DNA of 63,384 bases, counting the filler, from Stramenopiles sp. TOSAG23-6 (lineage: Eukaryota): assembly GCA_900128565.1 (NCBI GenBank). It is 12 parts of 12 records of this genome, joined end to end, with 100 filler letters (N's around TTAATTAATTAA, not from the genome) between each part and the next. Parts side by side here need not be neighbours in the genome. Positions count along the whole stretch, not along the records: positions 20,152 to 26,745 come from LT636674.1; positions 26,846 to 33,418 come from LT636675.1; positions 33,519 to 40,089 come from LT636676.1; 9 more parts are not named here. One strand, given 5' to 3'. The notes below the pieces were generated by a model. It ran no database searches. It saw nothing but the letters and a program-made list of their open reading frames with translations, and was not told the origin of the DNA. Position numbers and translations under genes: made by a program. Of the stretch, positions 23,826 through 36,020 are shown one piece after another. Each line of letters begins with the position of its first letter. Position 1 is the stretch's first letter.

Positions 23826-25901
23826 TTAATTTAAATAAAATTTGTGTGCCATCGGATGACCAGATTTAGTAAACCACTTAAAAGCTTCTTTTTTGTCTAC
23901 AGCAACACCATCACCATGAAAATAACACATTCCAAGATGAAACTGTCCTTCACTATTGCCTGCTATAGCCGATTTAGTAAACCAATTAAAAGCTTCTTTT
24001 TTGTCTTTAGCAACACCATGACCAAAACAATAGCATTGACCAACACTTAACTGTCCATCATTATTGCCTGCTTTAGCCGATTTAATAAACCAATTAAAAG
24101 CTTCTTTTTTGTCTACTGCAACACCATGACCATAACAATAGCAATCACCAAGACTATTTTGTCCACGACTATTGCCAGCATTAGCTGATTTAGTAAACCA
24201 CTTGAAAGCTTCTTTATAATCTTCAGCGACACCACGACCATTATAATAGTAATCACCAAGATTATTTTGTGCCACATTATTACCTGAATTAGCCGATTTA
24301 GAATACCACTTGAAAGCTTCTTTTTTGTCTTGAGCAACACCATCACCATAAAAATAGCAATTACCAAGCCATAACTGTCCACTACTATTNCCTGCTTTAG
24401 CCGATTTATTAAACCAATTAAAAGCTTNTTCTTTGTCTTGAGCAACACCATGACCATGAAAATAGCAATGACCAAGTCTTAACTGTCCACCACTATTACC
24501 AGCAGCAGCAGATTTAGTTAACCACTTGAAAGCTTCGTTTGAGTCTTGAGCAACACCATGACCATAATAATAACAATCACCAAGTTTTAACTGTCCACCA
24601 CTATTGCCTGCTATAGCCGATTTAGTAAACCAATTAAAAGCTTCTTCTTTGTTTTTATCAACACCATGACCATAATAATAGCATTGACCAAGTCTTAACT
24701 GTGCTGTACTATGACCTGCTTTAGCCGATTTAGTAAACCAATTAAAAGCTTCTTCTTTGTCTTCAGCAACACCATGACCGTAATCATAGCAATGACCAAT
24801 ATAAAATTGTGCATAACTATAATCACTAATATCCATAAACATTTTAAATGCTTTTTCATAATCCTTTTTACAACATGCGAGATCTGCAATAGCCATTGGA
24901 AAACCAGCAATAGCGGCGGATTCAATCATTCGTCGTCCTTTCACTTTATCAATTTTCTCAAAGTCTATGCCACTGCGTTTTGCATAACCAAGTTCATATA
25001 AATCTTGGCGTTTGTTTTCTATCTTTTGACGTTTCACTTCAGTAGTAGATGATGCTGAACTCGATTTTCGTTTTTTTCCACTACTACTACTATCTGATAC
25101 TGCAGGTGGTACATTCTTATAAACATTATCATCAAATGATTCCACTGCAGCAGATAGTATTGTCTCCTCTTCTTGAAATGACTTTGTCAACTCTTTTAAA
25201 CCATTCAAACAATCAGTCTCATCTCTAATAGCTTTCCCTGTCTTTTTAATATTTGTTTCTGCTGCTTCAAATTGTTTCTTTGCAGCTGATAATTTCTGTT
25301 TAGCTTCTTCAAGTGCAGCATTTGCTTTCATCACATGATTCAATAATTTCCCTTTAATCTTCTCTTCTAAAACAACAACGGATTCTTCATTGACTTTTCT
25401 CATTTGTTGCACTTTCGTAACTTTTTGAATTACTTTATTGTGCTTTTCTTTACAATTGGTATACAAAGTATTAAAAGCAGATTCAACGTCATTTGTTAAT
25501 TTTTCTGTTTGGGTAAAAAAATGTTTGACCTTATCGAGTTGAGACAGTCGAAGAATGCACAAATCAGACTTTGTCACCAACTCGATCATTTGCCATAATG
25601 TTTCAATAATAATATCACCACTATTATTTCCTTGGAAACATTTCTGGTATAATGCATCAATGTTTTTCCGTGTTCTAGTTTTCTTTTCCTTCCATTTGAT
25701 ACATTGTTTTCTCAAAAGAATATTCGGTGTGAGATTTTTATTAGGCAATGCTAATTTTGTGTTTGGCGATGTATTATTTGTACGAAAGTGCTCCTCAATT
25801 GCAGCTCGTTCATACGTATGACCATCAGCGGTAAACACTGGATCTTCATACAAATCCATTGTAATATTACAGCACAAGTGATCCGGTATATCGCGTGACA
25901 T
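23826..25901 (-). CDS. U-box + Sel1-repeat protein (mirror copy)
   Basis: Identical to 20996-23071. Confidence 0.85.
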   Translation of the reverse strand: MSRDIPDHLCCNITMDLYEDPVFTADGHTYERAAIEEHFRTNNTSPNTKLALPNKNLTPNILLRKQCIKWKEKKTRTRKNIDALYQKCFQGNNSGDIIIETLWQMIELVTKSDLCILRLSQLDKVKHFFTQTEKLTNDVESAFNTLYTNCKEKHNKVIQKVTKVQQMRKVNEESVVVLEEKIKGKLLNHVMKANAALEEAKQKLSAAKKQFEAAETNIKKTGKAIRDETDCLNGLKELTKSFQEEETILSAAVESFDDNVYKNVPPAVSDSSSSGKKRKSSSASSTTEVKRQKIENKRQDLYELGYAKRSGIDFEKIDKVKGRRMIESAAIAGFPMAIADLACCKKDYEKAFKMFMDISDYSYAQFYIGHCYDYGHGVAEDKEEAFNWFTKSAKAGHSTAQLRLGQCYYYGHGVDKNKEEAFNWFTKSAIAGNSGGQLKLGDCYYYGHGVAQDSNEAFKWLTKSAAAGNSGGQLRLGHCYFHGHGVAQDKEXAFNWFNKSAKAXNSSGQLWLGNCYFYGDGVAQDKKEAFKWYSKSANSGNNVAQNNLGDYYYNGRGVAEDYKEAFKWFTKSANAGNSRGQNSLGDCYCYGHGVAVDKKEAFNWFIKSAKAGNNDGQLSVGQCYCFGHGVAKDKKEAFNWFTKSAIAGNSEGQFHLGMCYFHGDGVAVDKKEAFKWFTKSGHPMAHKFYLN

Positions 25902-26138
25902 TTTGATTATATTTGATTTTTATTTTATGCAAGAATTGAATGGTATAGATTCTGGGTACCACCACAAATCAAATGACAAAAACGTACATACGTTAAATTA
26001 AATTTAAAAAAAAAAAAATGAAACTCGTGTTTTTCAAAACGAGTCAAGAAACCAAAAATGAAAAACACAGTGTACAAAAAACTTCGTGAAATTATCGAAA
26101 CACAAACTTTTATTGTGCTATATATATAATTAACAGAA

Positions 26139-26658
26139 ATGGTTTCTAATTGTGAAGAGGACAATGCTGGGTGTGTATCACAGTTATTCTTCCAATGGGT
26201 TCAACCATTATTTTCAAGAGCATCGGCTCGACACAATGATGGGACAGCTCTTGAAGCGGAAGACCTTCTACAGTTGAATGAATTGGATTGTGGAGCACCT
26301 CTTCAAAAAATGTTTCATGATGCGTGGCTTCTTGGATTACACGGAAGAGATCCAAACTCATTAACAAAGAAGGAACGTGAGAAAGTACTTCGTTCTGCAA
26401 TTTTGGCCGTTTTAGGTACTCGATTTTACTTTGCTGGTGTTGTCAAATTCCTGAATACGTCCCTTCAATTTGCATTTCCAATATTACTAAAACTAATCCT
26501 AGAATTTATTTCAAATTGGCAAAATGGCAGAATATCTACATCAGACTCATGGACGGAACAACATAAAGGATATTTTTATGCAGTTATTTTGGGTTTATGC
26601 ATGGCAGCAAAAGCTATAACTGAGAATTTTTATTTTCATTCAGTATATCGCGCATCAT
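26139..26658 (+). CDS. ABCC/MRP transporter N-terminal exon
   Basis: As for the mirror copy; followed by truncated family intron 26659-26745. Confidence 0.8.
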
Positions 26659-26845
26659 GTATGTTTTATTTTTTTTAAATTTTTTTCCTAAATTTTTTTT
26701 TTCGTACGAAATTTTGTACCTAACAAATTTTCAAAATTTTTTTTTNNNNNNNNNNNNNNNNNNNNNNNNNNNNNNNNNNNNNNNNNNNNTTAATTAATTA
26801 ANNNNNNNNNNNNNNNNNNNNNNNNNNNNNNNNNNNNNNNNNNNN

Positions 26846-29800
26846 TTCATTGTTGTATGCTAAATCACATCCGTTTCCTACTATTGAACTACACGGCATA
26901 CGTGGCGATACTTTTCCCTCCATTGCTTCTATTGAAATAATTTCGCCAACATTAATCCCTTTCAAGGTAAAACGAGAGATACCATTCAAGTCACCACCAT
27001 CATATGGGCAGTCCCAGGTTGTTCTTAGCCAAATACACTCTACGTTACCATTCGGACAAGGTTTGTTTTTCTTAGATATCAACACAATCTCTGCATTTCG
27101 TGGTGGTGATGGTGCTGCAGCTCCCATCTTAATTCTTGTGATTTTACTAAATTGTGACCATCCAGCATAACCCAAAATGCGAACGCGACTACTTAAATCA
27201 ACACCAGAGGGAATACGCTCTATATCTTGATTATTACCTTTGATCACAGCAATATTATTGGTACTATCATTTATAGTTGAAAACCATGGTTGAAATATTT
27301 TTGAGCTGCTCCACATGACTTGAAATTCAAATTTTTGAATTCCATTGGCATTTTTTTGTTCAGGATGCATTAACATATACACAGGCGCCCCAATTATATA
27401 TTCTGCATTTGCAGCTGGCGACACAGAAAAAGCTGGGTCTACAACCACAAGGCGTCGCATATCTGCAACGATGTACCTTATTATTTTTCTTTGCTCAGAA
27501 CCTATTGTGATATATGATTCTGTATAATAATTAGATGCCTCTGAAGCCATCGCAACAGCAAGATTCACAGTAGTTCGTGAATGGTGGGTATGTCCACTTA
27601 CTAATGCAAGAGATCCTTTTGTAAAAGGCAAATTAATATCTGCAACATTTTTGACAGGTATAAATGTATTTGTTCTTTCACCATACAAATGCACCAATGG
27701 CACCGTCATATTTACTTCAGGGATAATATGAATTTTTGCAATTTTTGTACTTTCTGAAGAGACTCCGACCCCACTTACATATCCTAATACTACGAAATTC
27801 CCTCCATCACGAATGACAACCGAATTGCCGTATGGGAAGTATATGGAAGCTTCCCCGTCAGTCTGCTCCGTTACGGTAAGTGCTTGAGGCACACCTTTTG
27901 AAATTGTAACACTTTCTTTGATTGTAATATCAGTTCTGGCATATTTTGCTACTGTTGCAAGAAGGCGCATATTTGCTTTTACTAATCTCTCCCCACGAGC
28001 AATCGGCGCTTCAATTAGAGACTTAAATGTAATTGACTGATTGTTCTGGATTATATTTCCTGTAAGAGATGTAACCAATCCAAGAAAACGCCCTGAGCTA
28101 GTGAAAATTTGATCTCCGATGGAAAATACATCACGAATATCAGCAGCTTCCATGATAGGTGTGGTAAAAACGTCTAATAGAATACTATTAGTTAACAATG
28201 GATTGCTAGACATTCTTGATTTAACATGTATATCACTAATAACATCTAGTTCTCGAAGATATAATACACTTCCTTCAGCGATTGTCTCACTGCTTCGCTT
28301 TTCAATAGCATGAAAATATTTGGATTTTATAAATCTTGATTCACCATCTAAAGATGGATAAATCTGTTGCACCAAAAATCCAGAATCTTCAAAAACTGAG
28401 ATGTGACTCCATTGTGTACCTGTTACAACTGGAGACTTTAAGACTACCAAATCATCAGTTTTTGCAAGAACGTTTACTGAATTTATTTGATTTCTGTCAG
28501 GTAAAACACCTTTCCAAACAGGAACAGAAATTTCACTTGTACTTACAGTCAAGCTTGTAATACTTACACAAATATTTAAATTTCTATCGAATATACAATG
28601 AGGATTAACACTTTCACATGCTTCAACAAACAATGCCAAGGATGTATAATTGTTGTGGCGTATGTTGCTACAACTATTCATACAAGTTCCGCGGCTCACA
28701 TTCATAGCAACCGATCTTACTTTAATGAAAGTGCCACTCATTGAAAATGAAGTTTTAAGCTCTGGACTACTTATATACCAGAACAAATAATCCGGATCAG
28801 TTAGAACTGCACTATGAATCAAGCCAATTGTGTTGCCCTCCACATCAACAAGGTAATTATTAGGATGGGAAATAAGATGAAGATTGAAGGTTCTGCGTAT
28901 TTTGCCATTAATTGCAACATATTTATCACCGCTGGAGAATGGACTGCAATCTGGACAATCTACTGTTGATGTGCATCCTTTGGGGGTTGGCGAATTTTTA
29001 CAAGTTCCTACAACCTCAACTCCAGATAAAATATCACCACGACGCACGAAAAGCATTGTGTCTGCAGGAAACACATGATTTGAAGTAGGTACAATTTCTA
29101 TTTCCTGGGTTGTAACTTCAGCCACGCGAAATGAAAGGTCAATGTCCCCATTTCCTAACTCTGAAGCCTTGATGACAAATTCATCATTTGGGGAATAATC
29201 GCTACCACCATTTACAATTTGAACATCTACTACGCCTTCAGTATCAATAACTGCATCAAAAATAGCAGATTGATTTCCACTTGTGCAAGTATAGGGTATA
29301 CTACGAATTGTACGTGAAAAGTCACGCCCATGGATATTTAAACTTTTCACAATAATTATTGATGTCCCGTCTTTAATATTTTCTTCTACCTGTATCCAAC
29401 TTGCTCTAGGATGAGGAACTGTTCGTTTTTCATCAAGAATAAGTCTATCACCAACCATGTACCCAATACCCCCTTCATCCAATTTACACGAAAATAAAAC
29501 GCAATGTTGCTCAGAGCTAAAGCATCGATTGATGGATGAAATGTAATAACAACTGCTGTGAGCTGCTGCGCAAACATCAGAACCATCGCCATCCTTTTCT
29601 TTACATTGACATTGTATCTCACATGCAGGGGGCTTTGTCTGTGAATTACAGTCACAATTTTCAGGACCGATATAGATTTCAAAATTTGCCCCATTGGCAC
29701 TCCCTGGACAAGGTTGGGAATTTCGTGTACACCTAGTAGCCTTCCAATTGTTGGATCGACCTTTTGACCACCCACTACCGACTTGATTATAACCAATGCC

Positions 29801-30142
29801 TTTCCTTTCATGTTTTGTGTTTTCTGAAATTTTCCCACTCCATGTGTCCTCGTTTTCGAAATCCAAAATTGATGTCTTCTCGTTACCGACAAAACTCCCT
29901 AAAGCAGCAATTCCACCTGAATCAGATGGATTTGACGAGGTACCTGCCGAAGAAACACGCGCAAACCACCCTATGTGGCTTCCACTTTCTGTCTCTATCA
30001 TGTTACCATGAGAGAAAACAGTTGATAAATCATTCTCTGTTGTAAAAACAGGAAATATGTATTTAATTTCTCCAAATGCATAGGTATTTTCTGAATCATC
30101 TACTGAGAATGAGTCCCCTTGATTTATACCAAGCCACGACAA
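26846..30142 (-). CDS. Giant beta-rich, Cys-containing extracellular-type protein, downstream part (3' partial; FN3-like end)
   Basis: Open frame of about 1100 aa; GGxGY repeats; PSPPRN..WDCPYDGG FN3-like segment. Confidence 0.7.
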
Positions 30143-33100
30143 TACATTGGCTATTTGTTAATCCAGAATAATCTGGTGTCAAATTTTTAATAACATGCTT
30201 GGAGTCGTCATTCAAATTAATGGTGGCTACAGAATTCCAGTTTACACTTGAACTTAATCCAGAAATTTTAATTTTAGGAGGCCCGGATAGTAATGTTTTT
30301 CTTTCTTGTATATCAAGATTTACATAAAATGTATTCTTTGTGTGCCACGAGCCTGCTGATTTTATATAAAGCTCGGAGTTTTTAGGGATTGATCCAGGGT
30401 AATCTAACAAATGTAAAATAGTCATCGAATCGCTGTATGAATAAGTACCAGCTCTACCAATAAGTTTGTGCCTCGTGCACTTGGAATCCATCATCTCTGT
30501 ACAAATATAGAGTCTATCATCCGTCTTTATCCTACTTGAAATGAAATTAAATTTGTCTTCTGTCAATATTGATGTGTCAACTTTGATATAACTGTTTGCT
30601 CTTCCCGTAGACACAAAATCTACCAAACTCACGACATTAGTATTCATATATCCTGAATCACCTCCCACACACCGTTTATGAGTTGTTGTTGTGATTTTTC
30701 CTTTAAAGACACAATGTGAACTAATGCATTCTGCCTCTGTGTCTGTATCTGATCCATCACTGCACGCATCAAGAAGTCTGATATTTCCAACACCGATTCG
30801 AAAAGAACCTGAATCAACCATAACATTTACAGATGTAGTTTCCTTGAAAATGGCGGATAGAACTTTTCCTTGCGCAACTTTAACCCATTCACCTTGTTCG
30901 ACACATGAGCCAATTGTTCTAACCGACTCGATAATTTCTAAATTCTTCAAACACGCATATTGTGCAATAATCTGGTCATTTTGATACACACGCCGGACAA
31001 GGCCACTTAGTTGAATCACACGATCATTCCAATGACAGACTTCCAAACTATTGCAACCCAACGAAGAAGGTAAAAACATGCATGGACGAATCAATGATTC
31101 CCAACTTCGTTTAATTGTATATTTTGAAACTTTTTTTGTACCCAGGAAATTAGAGCTCGCAATGGTCGCAATTCTATTTAATCCGTAATAAGCGTCTATT
31201 TTATATCGCTGATTTGTCCCCAAACCACTCTCCAAAATTAGTACATCTCCAGAGTATTCATCTGTTATGGGAGAAGTTTCGTTCCATGTATACCCCATAG
31301 CTTCACAATCATATTTCATCAAATTCAATTCATCATAGAACTCATTTATACAAATACCCGAATCGAGCTGAACAGCAGGGTGGATAACATACTTGGTGAG
31401 AAATTTGGTCCCAGGAAACGGTATACCCCAAAGTGGAGGATACACACCAACCCTTCTATACTTTGTGTAAGCCACTACATACCTCATATGAGATAAAGTA
31501 ATATCTCGATTAATAAAGTATCCTACTTCATTTGTTTCCTTAGGAGCAAGGGTAAACTTTGAACTAGTATTACCCCCGATCCCTACAACACCCTCTATAT
31601 CCGGCATTTCAATGGGAGAATTTTTACCTGGGGTAATAGAGTAGGTTGTGGATGATCTTGGATCAGTGCCTCCTATTGGTACAAAGGAAAATGCAAAATC
31701 TACTGTCACCCGTCGATCTGCATCATAATTTGTTATTGTTCGTGTTTCACTAATTGTAATATAACGACCCACAAAATAATCCGGTATAGAGGGCTCTGTA
31801 TCATGTAGATAAAAACTAGTCCTCTCCTTTATACCATGAGGTTTATGATTATGATAGAAACCAGCAGTTTCATTATTCAGTGTTTCCACCTCATAGCTAC
31901 CGGCTAATATTTTTTTGTCGCTAGGAGGTAGCAAGCAATCACCATTTTGAACATTTGAAGAGAATGAATCTACAACTACGACACGGAGAAATTCTTTACA
32001 TGAACCAGGGTCATATGAGCCACCAATTTCTGAAATTTTTCCAAAGTATTCTGGAGTCATACTTTGAGCATTAACATGTTCGACGATAATATCTTTATCC
32101 TGCTGAAAGTCACCCATTGCAACAACTTGTGGAGGAATTGCCTTAAATTCAAACAACGACCATGTGGTTAACAATTTAATATGATCCCCAATTTTATATC
32201 CTATTCCTTTATCGCGGATTACACAAGATGCAAGGATGCCGTTAAGAATAGAAATATCAAACGTAGCTCCCTCACCTTGACAAGTACCTGAGGGAAAAGA
32301 ACAACTTGAAGCAATACCTATATATTCTCCATCTTTAGCTGAATAGAGAGAAGTTATTGGTGCTTCTTCGCTATCCTTTAAAGAAATAGAAGCAATTTCA
32401 CCGTGAGAATTTTTGGACTGAATAAAAACCGAGTCGCCGGCAAAATGACTTTCACGAACTGAGATTATTTCATTCTTGTTGTTTTTTGGACATACAGGAA
32501 TATCTTGTGTACTTGAGGTATTGACCTGAATAACTTGTTTGGATGAGTATGCGCTAAAACATTCTTGTTTTACTTCAACAGATCCATTAGATTCATATTT
32601 GAAGTCGTTGCAGACAGTTGTATCTTCTTTAAAGAGACCGTATTTCACTATCCAACCTGCTGAAGCAATGGGTTTATCCATACGTGTTGGTGATTTGAGT
32701 TTTACACCATTACAATTTACATTAAGTAAAGAATCCTCTGATTTTCCACTGTATGAGCATATAATACCATTTTCCCCAGGTTTACAGGGTGTATTAGTCC
32801 CAGCAATAGCTTTAACGCGAATTTCCACTCTAAATTTATAGTAACTGTCTACACGGAATTCCATAAAATCACCAACTTTATATCCGCGGCCCCCATTTAA
32901 AATATAAACTATGGATTCTGATTCTTGGTTATTGACGTGAATCAAGAATTTCGCACTAAAATTATTAATACCCTGCACCATTTTACAAAACATGGCATTG
33001 TTGTTTTCATTTTGCTTTTTCATATGACTATCCAATATAGACCAATCATCTATAGTATTTACATCCACAATTCGACAGAAGAAAGAATCTACGGCGTTAA

Positions 33101-33374
33101 AAAACGAATCTGAACGGGTGCGATCTGCATTTTTAGAGTTCAAATTCTTCCATTCGGACGCCCGCCACGATGAAACAGAATCAGTAACAAATGTTTGTTT
33201 GCCAATCAGTCCTTCAGTATTGAAAAATTTTGCTTCAACTTCTGTAATTGCAGACGGATCAACAATACATATTTCCCCACTACTGGGAAAGTGACTCGCA
33301 GATTCAATCACCAATTTCTTGCCCCGAATGTGGGATGTGCAACCAGCATCCAGAACACCATCATTTTCAACCAT
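30096..33374 (-). CDS. Giant beta-rich protein, upstream part (probably the same gene as 26846-30142 with a frameshift)
   Basis: 1092-aa ORF sharing repeat types with the downstream ORF; the two overlap out of frame at 30096-30157. Confidence 0.7.
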   Translation of the reverse strand: MVENDGVLDAGCTSHIRGKKLVIESASHFPSSGEICIVDPSAITEVEAKFFNTEGLIGKQTFVTDSVSSWRASEWKNLNSKNADRTRSDSFFNAVDSFFCRIVDVNTIDDWSILDSHMKKQNENNNAMFCKMVQGINNFSAKFLIHVNNQESESIVYILNGGRGYKVGDFMEFRVDSYYKFRVEIRVKAIAGTNTPCKPGENGIICSYSGKSEDSLLNVNCNGVKLKSPTRMDKPIASAGWIVKYGLFKEDTTVCNDFKYESNGSVEVKQECFSAYSSKQVIQVNTSSTQDIPVCPKNNKNEIISVRESHFAGDSVFIQSKNSHGEIASISLKDSEEAPITSLYSAKDGEYIGIASSCSFPSGTCQGEGATFDISILNGILASCVIRDKGIGYKIGDHIKLLTTWSLFEFKAIPPQVVAMGDFQQDKDIIVEHVNAQSMTPEYFGKISEIGGSYDPGSCKEFLRVVVVDSFSSNVQNGDCLLPPSDKKILAGSYEVETLNNETAGFYHNHKPHGIKERTSFYLHDTEPSIPDYFVGRYITISETRTITNYDADRRVTVDFAFSFVPIGGTDPRSSTTYSITPGKNSPIEMPDIEGVVGIGGNTSSKFTLAPKETNEVGYFINRDITLSHMRYVVAYTKYRRVGVYPPLWGIPFPGTKFLTKYVIHPAVQLDSGICINEFYDELNLMKYDCEAMGYTWNETSPITDEYSGDVLILESGLGTNQRYKIDAYYGLNRIATIASSNFLGTKKVSKYTIKRSWESLIRPCMFLPSSLGCNSLEVCHWNDRVIQLSGLVRRVYQNDQIIAQYACLKNLEIIESVRTIGSCVEQGEWVKVAQGKVLSAIFKETTSVNVMVDSGSFRIGVGNIRLLDACSDGSDTDTEAECISSHCVFKGKITTTTHKRCVGGDSGYMNTNVVSLVDFVSTGRANSYIKVDTSILTEDKFNFISSRIKTDDRLYICTEMMDSKCTRHKLIGRAGTYSYSDSMTILHLLDYPGSIPKNSELYIKSAGSWHTKNTFYVNLDIQERKTLLSGPPKIKISGLSSSVNWNSVATINLNDDSKHVIKNLTPDYSGLTNSQCIVVAWYKSRGLILSR

Positions 33375-33571
33375 TTCTTTGTATGTATTTATATCTGTAT
33401 TATTTTGATTATTTTGATNNNNNNNNNNNNNNNNNNNNNNNNNNNNNNNNNNNNNNNNNNNNTTAATTAATTAANNNNNNNNNNNNNNNNNNNNNNNNNN
33501 NNNNNNNNNNNNNNNNNNAAAAAATAAATTCGATTTTTTTTTTACCGGAAAAAAAAAAAAATAAAACATAC

Positions 33572-34691
33572 ATACACATTGGACAAAATCACAAATAATT
33601 CTGATTCGGCTTGTTCTTCCATGACTTGAAGGTGTGTTTCTTCTTGTGAACCAGATAATAATCCAAGATGGGGTAAATGCTGAATATATAATTGTAGGAA
33701 ATATTGATGTACATAAAGTATTTGTTTGTTAGGTACAAACAAAATTGAAATTCAATTTTTTATTTACCGGAAAAAAAAAATCGAATTTTTTTTTCGTACG
33801 AAATTTTGTACCTAACGATTTTTTTAAAAAAAAATCGAATTTTTTTTTCGTACGAAATTTTGTACCTAACGATTTTTTTTTGAAATTTGAAATTCAATTG
33901 TAAAAACGTATATGTCTTAAAGTTTGTTCACGAGACTCTGGTGGAGGAAATCCCATACTATGCACAGAAAAAACATCTCCATCTGATGTTATTTCACCTT
34001 CGACTAATACTACACAACGTTCTGTAAAGAGCCCCCCATGAGGCACACAATTAGATAAATCTAACTTAATATGTGAGTTTAGATCTTCGAGGAAATATTG
34101 TCCTTCTTCCAACTGAGAAAGGAATCCAAGCATACACTTTGCACCTAAACTACTTTTTACTGATTCAATTGGTGTAAGCTGCACGAAATCACGTTTTGTT
34201 GATCCTATAGAAGAGGCACTAAATAAAGGATGTCGCATGACCCTCTGCCGTATTAACTCCAAACGATCACGACACATTCTAATTTTATCTTCTGCGGTAC
34301 CATGTAGGCGATTGCCATTTTCTGCACTCACCATAAAAAAATCCTTTCGGCTTTGGTTCCATCGAAGTTTCGGAAGTTGGAAAGCGTTAAATACTTGTAA
34401 AGACTCTTGAGCCCGATCTTCATCGTCTTTTGTGAGGTCTGCAACAACAGCGAGAACATTTTCGACAGTGACTAGATTTCCAGTGGCTGGATTGAGACGA
34501 TCAATACGCTCCTTCAACTTTTCTATAACAATTCGCAAAGCTCTTAATTTTCCATGCTCAGGCTCTGCACGCAACTGTGACTCTAGACCTAATGCAGCAG
34601 CCTTTGAAATTGTGAGACCTTCTAAACGAAATGCACGGCAAATTTTTCCGACAACTACTTTCTTTTGTCTTGCATCGTGTGCAGAAGGCAT
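33572..34691 (-). CDS. POLE2: DNA polymerase epsilon subunit 2, 3' partial (exons 34691-33912, 33685-33572)
   Basis: LGFLSQLEEGQYFLEDL, GLFTERCVVLVEG, MGFPPPE, then FVILSNVY. Confidence 0.9.
33686..33911 (-). other. Family intron with AT donor (ATACGT...TAT, 226 nt) carrying an antisense insertion
   Basis: CAT|ATACGTTTTT...TACCTAAC...CAATTATAT|ATT joins the two POLE2 frames. Confidence 0.75.
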
Positions 34692-34962
34692 CTTAAATGT
34701 ACGACTATCAAGTAATGATTATTTACTTTGGAAATAGATGGAAAGCTGTAGACAAAACAATCTTAATCTAATCTTATATTTTACTATTTTTTATGTACGT
34801 AGGTAACAAACATCAACCATCAAAACGAAAAACCACAATCAAAAAAATGACTTGAGCAAAAATGACACGTCAACTTTCTTTTTTTCAGTTGTGTGGTCAA
34901 AAGTTTCAAACTCCAAAAACACGACAACTTGTAGAAAAAAATCGATTCTTCGATTCTAAATA

Positions 34963-35800
34963 ATGGCTGAACGCACACGCAAACGAACAAAACATGAAGA
35001 AGAGGTCATGCAAAAAGCGTTAAGCGGGTTAGGTCCTGCTATTGTTATCACCAGCTATCTATGTCTGGGAGATAGACTCTCAGGGAGAGCTGTATCAAAC
35101 GATCAGCACAGACCTTGGATGGTCGGTGTCGGTTGGGGTGAAGTGACGTGTACTGAGACAGTGAAGCACGGCGACTTAAATTTTTTACAATGATTAAGAA
35201 GTCAAAATCCACCTCGTCCATGGGATAGATGGACGTGTGCTTATGCAGCTGAAAATGGTCATTTGGAAGTATTGAAATGGGCAAGAAGTCAAAATCCACC
35301 TTGTCCATGGGATAGATGGATGTACATGTCAATTGGCAGCTTTGAATGGTCACTTGGAAATATTAAAATGGGTAAGAAGTCAAAATCCACCTTGTCCATG
35401 GGATGGATGTACATGTAGTTGGGCGGCTTTTAATGGTCACTTGGAAATATTAAAATGGTTGAGAAGTCAAAATCCACCTTGTCCATGGGATGGATGTACA
35501 TGTCAATTGGCAGCTTTGAATGGTCACTTGGAAATATTAAAATGGGTAAGAAGTCAAAATCCACCTTGTCCATGGGATAGAGCTGAAAATGGTGACTTGG
35601 GAGTATTATGTCCATATAATGGAGATACGTGTTTTTTGGCAGCTAAGAATGGTCACTTGGAAGTATTGAAATGGTTAAGAAGTCAAAATCCACCTTGTCC
35701 ATGGGATGACAGTAGGTGTCATGCAGCAGCTCGTGAAAGTGGGCACTTTCATGTTTTAGAATGGATTGATCAGCTATTCCCCAACATGTTTAGATTTTAG
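34963..35800 (+). pseudogene. Ankyrin-like repeat (AAxNGHLExLKWxRSQNPPCPWD) pseudogene
   Basis: TGA at a Trp position (35191-35193) and a 4-nt insertion (GATAGATGG vs GATGG) near 35311-35320; 81-nt tandem units. Confidence 0.8.
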
Positions 35801-36020
35801 AATGTATTGAAATGAATATCCTGTTGACATCATCATCTACAAAACAAATGTAAAAAAAAAATAATATTAAAATATTTAGACAGTTTTTATTGATTTGTTC
35901 TTTATTACATATACATGTATGTTGATCACATCATCCAAGGTAAACTCTATTTTTTTGTAAAGTACAAAATTTCGTACAAAAAAAATAAATTCGATATACG
36001 TAGTACGTACCCCTAAACGT

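Larger units (their letters stand above)
20152..26745. repeat. Whole-contig perfect inverted repeat centred at 23448/23449 (probable fold-back artefact)
   Basis: All ORFs mirror each other (coordinates sum to 46897), including ambiguous n bases; no spacer. Confidence 0.92.

Noticed and set aside
20152-26745. Inverted gene duplication or large TIR transposon
   Set aside because: Perfect mirror including n bases, no spacer and no transposase; typical artefact.
35191-35193. UGA-to-Trp recoding
   Set aside because: The same gene has a frameshift, TGG is used elsewhere, and other genes (e.g. the kinesin) end in TGA.
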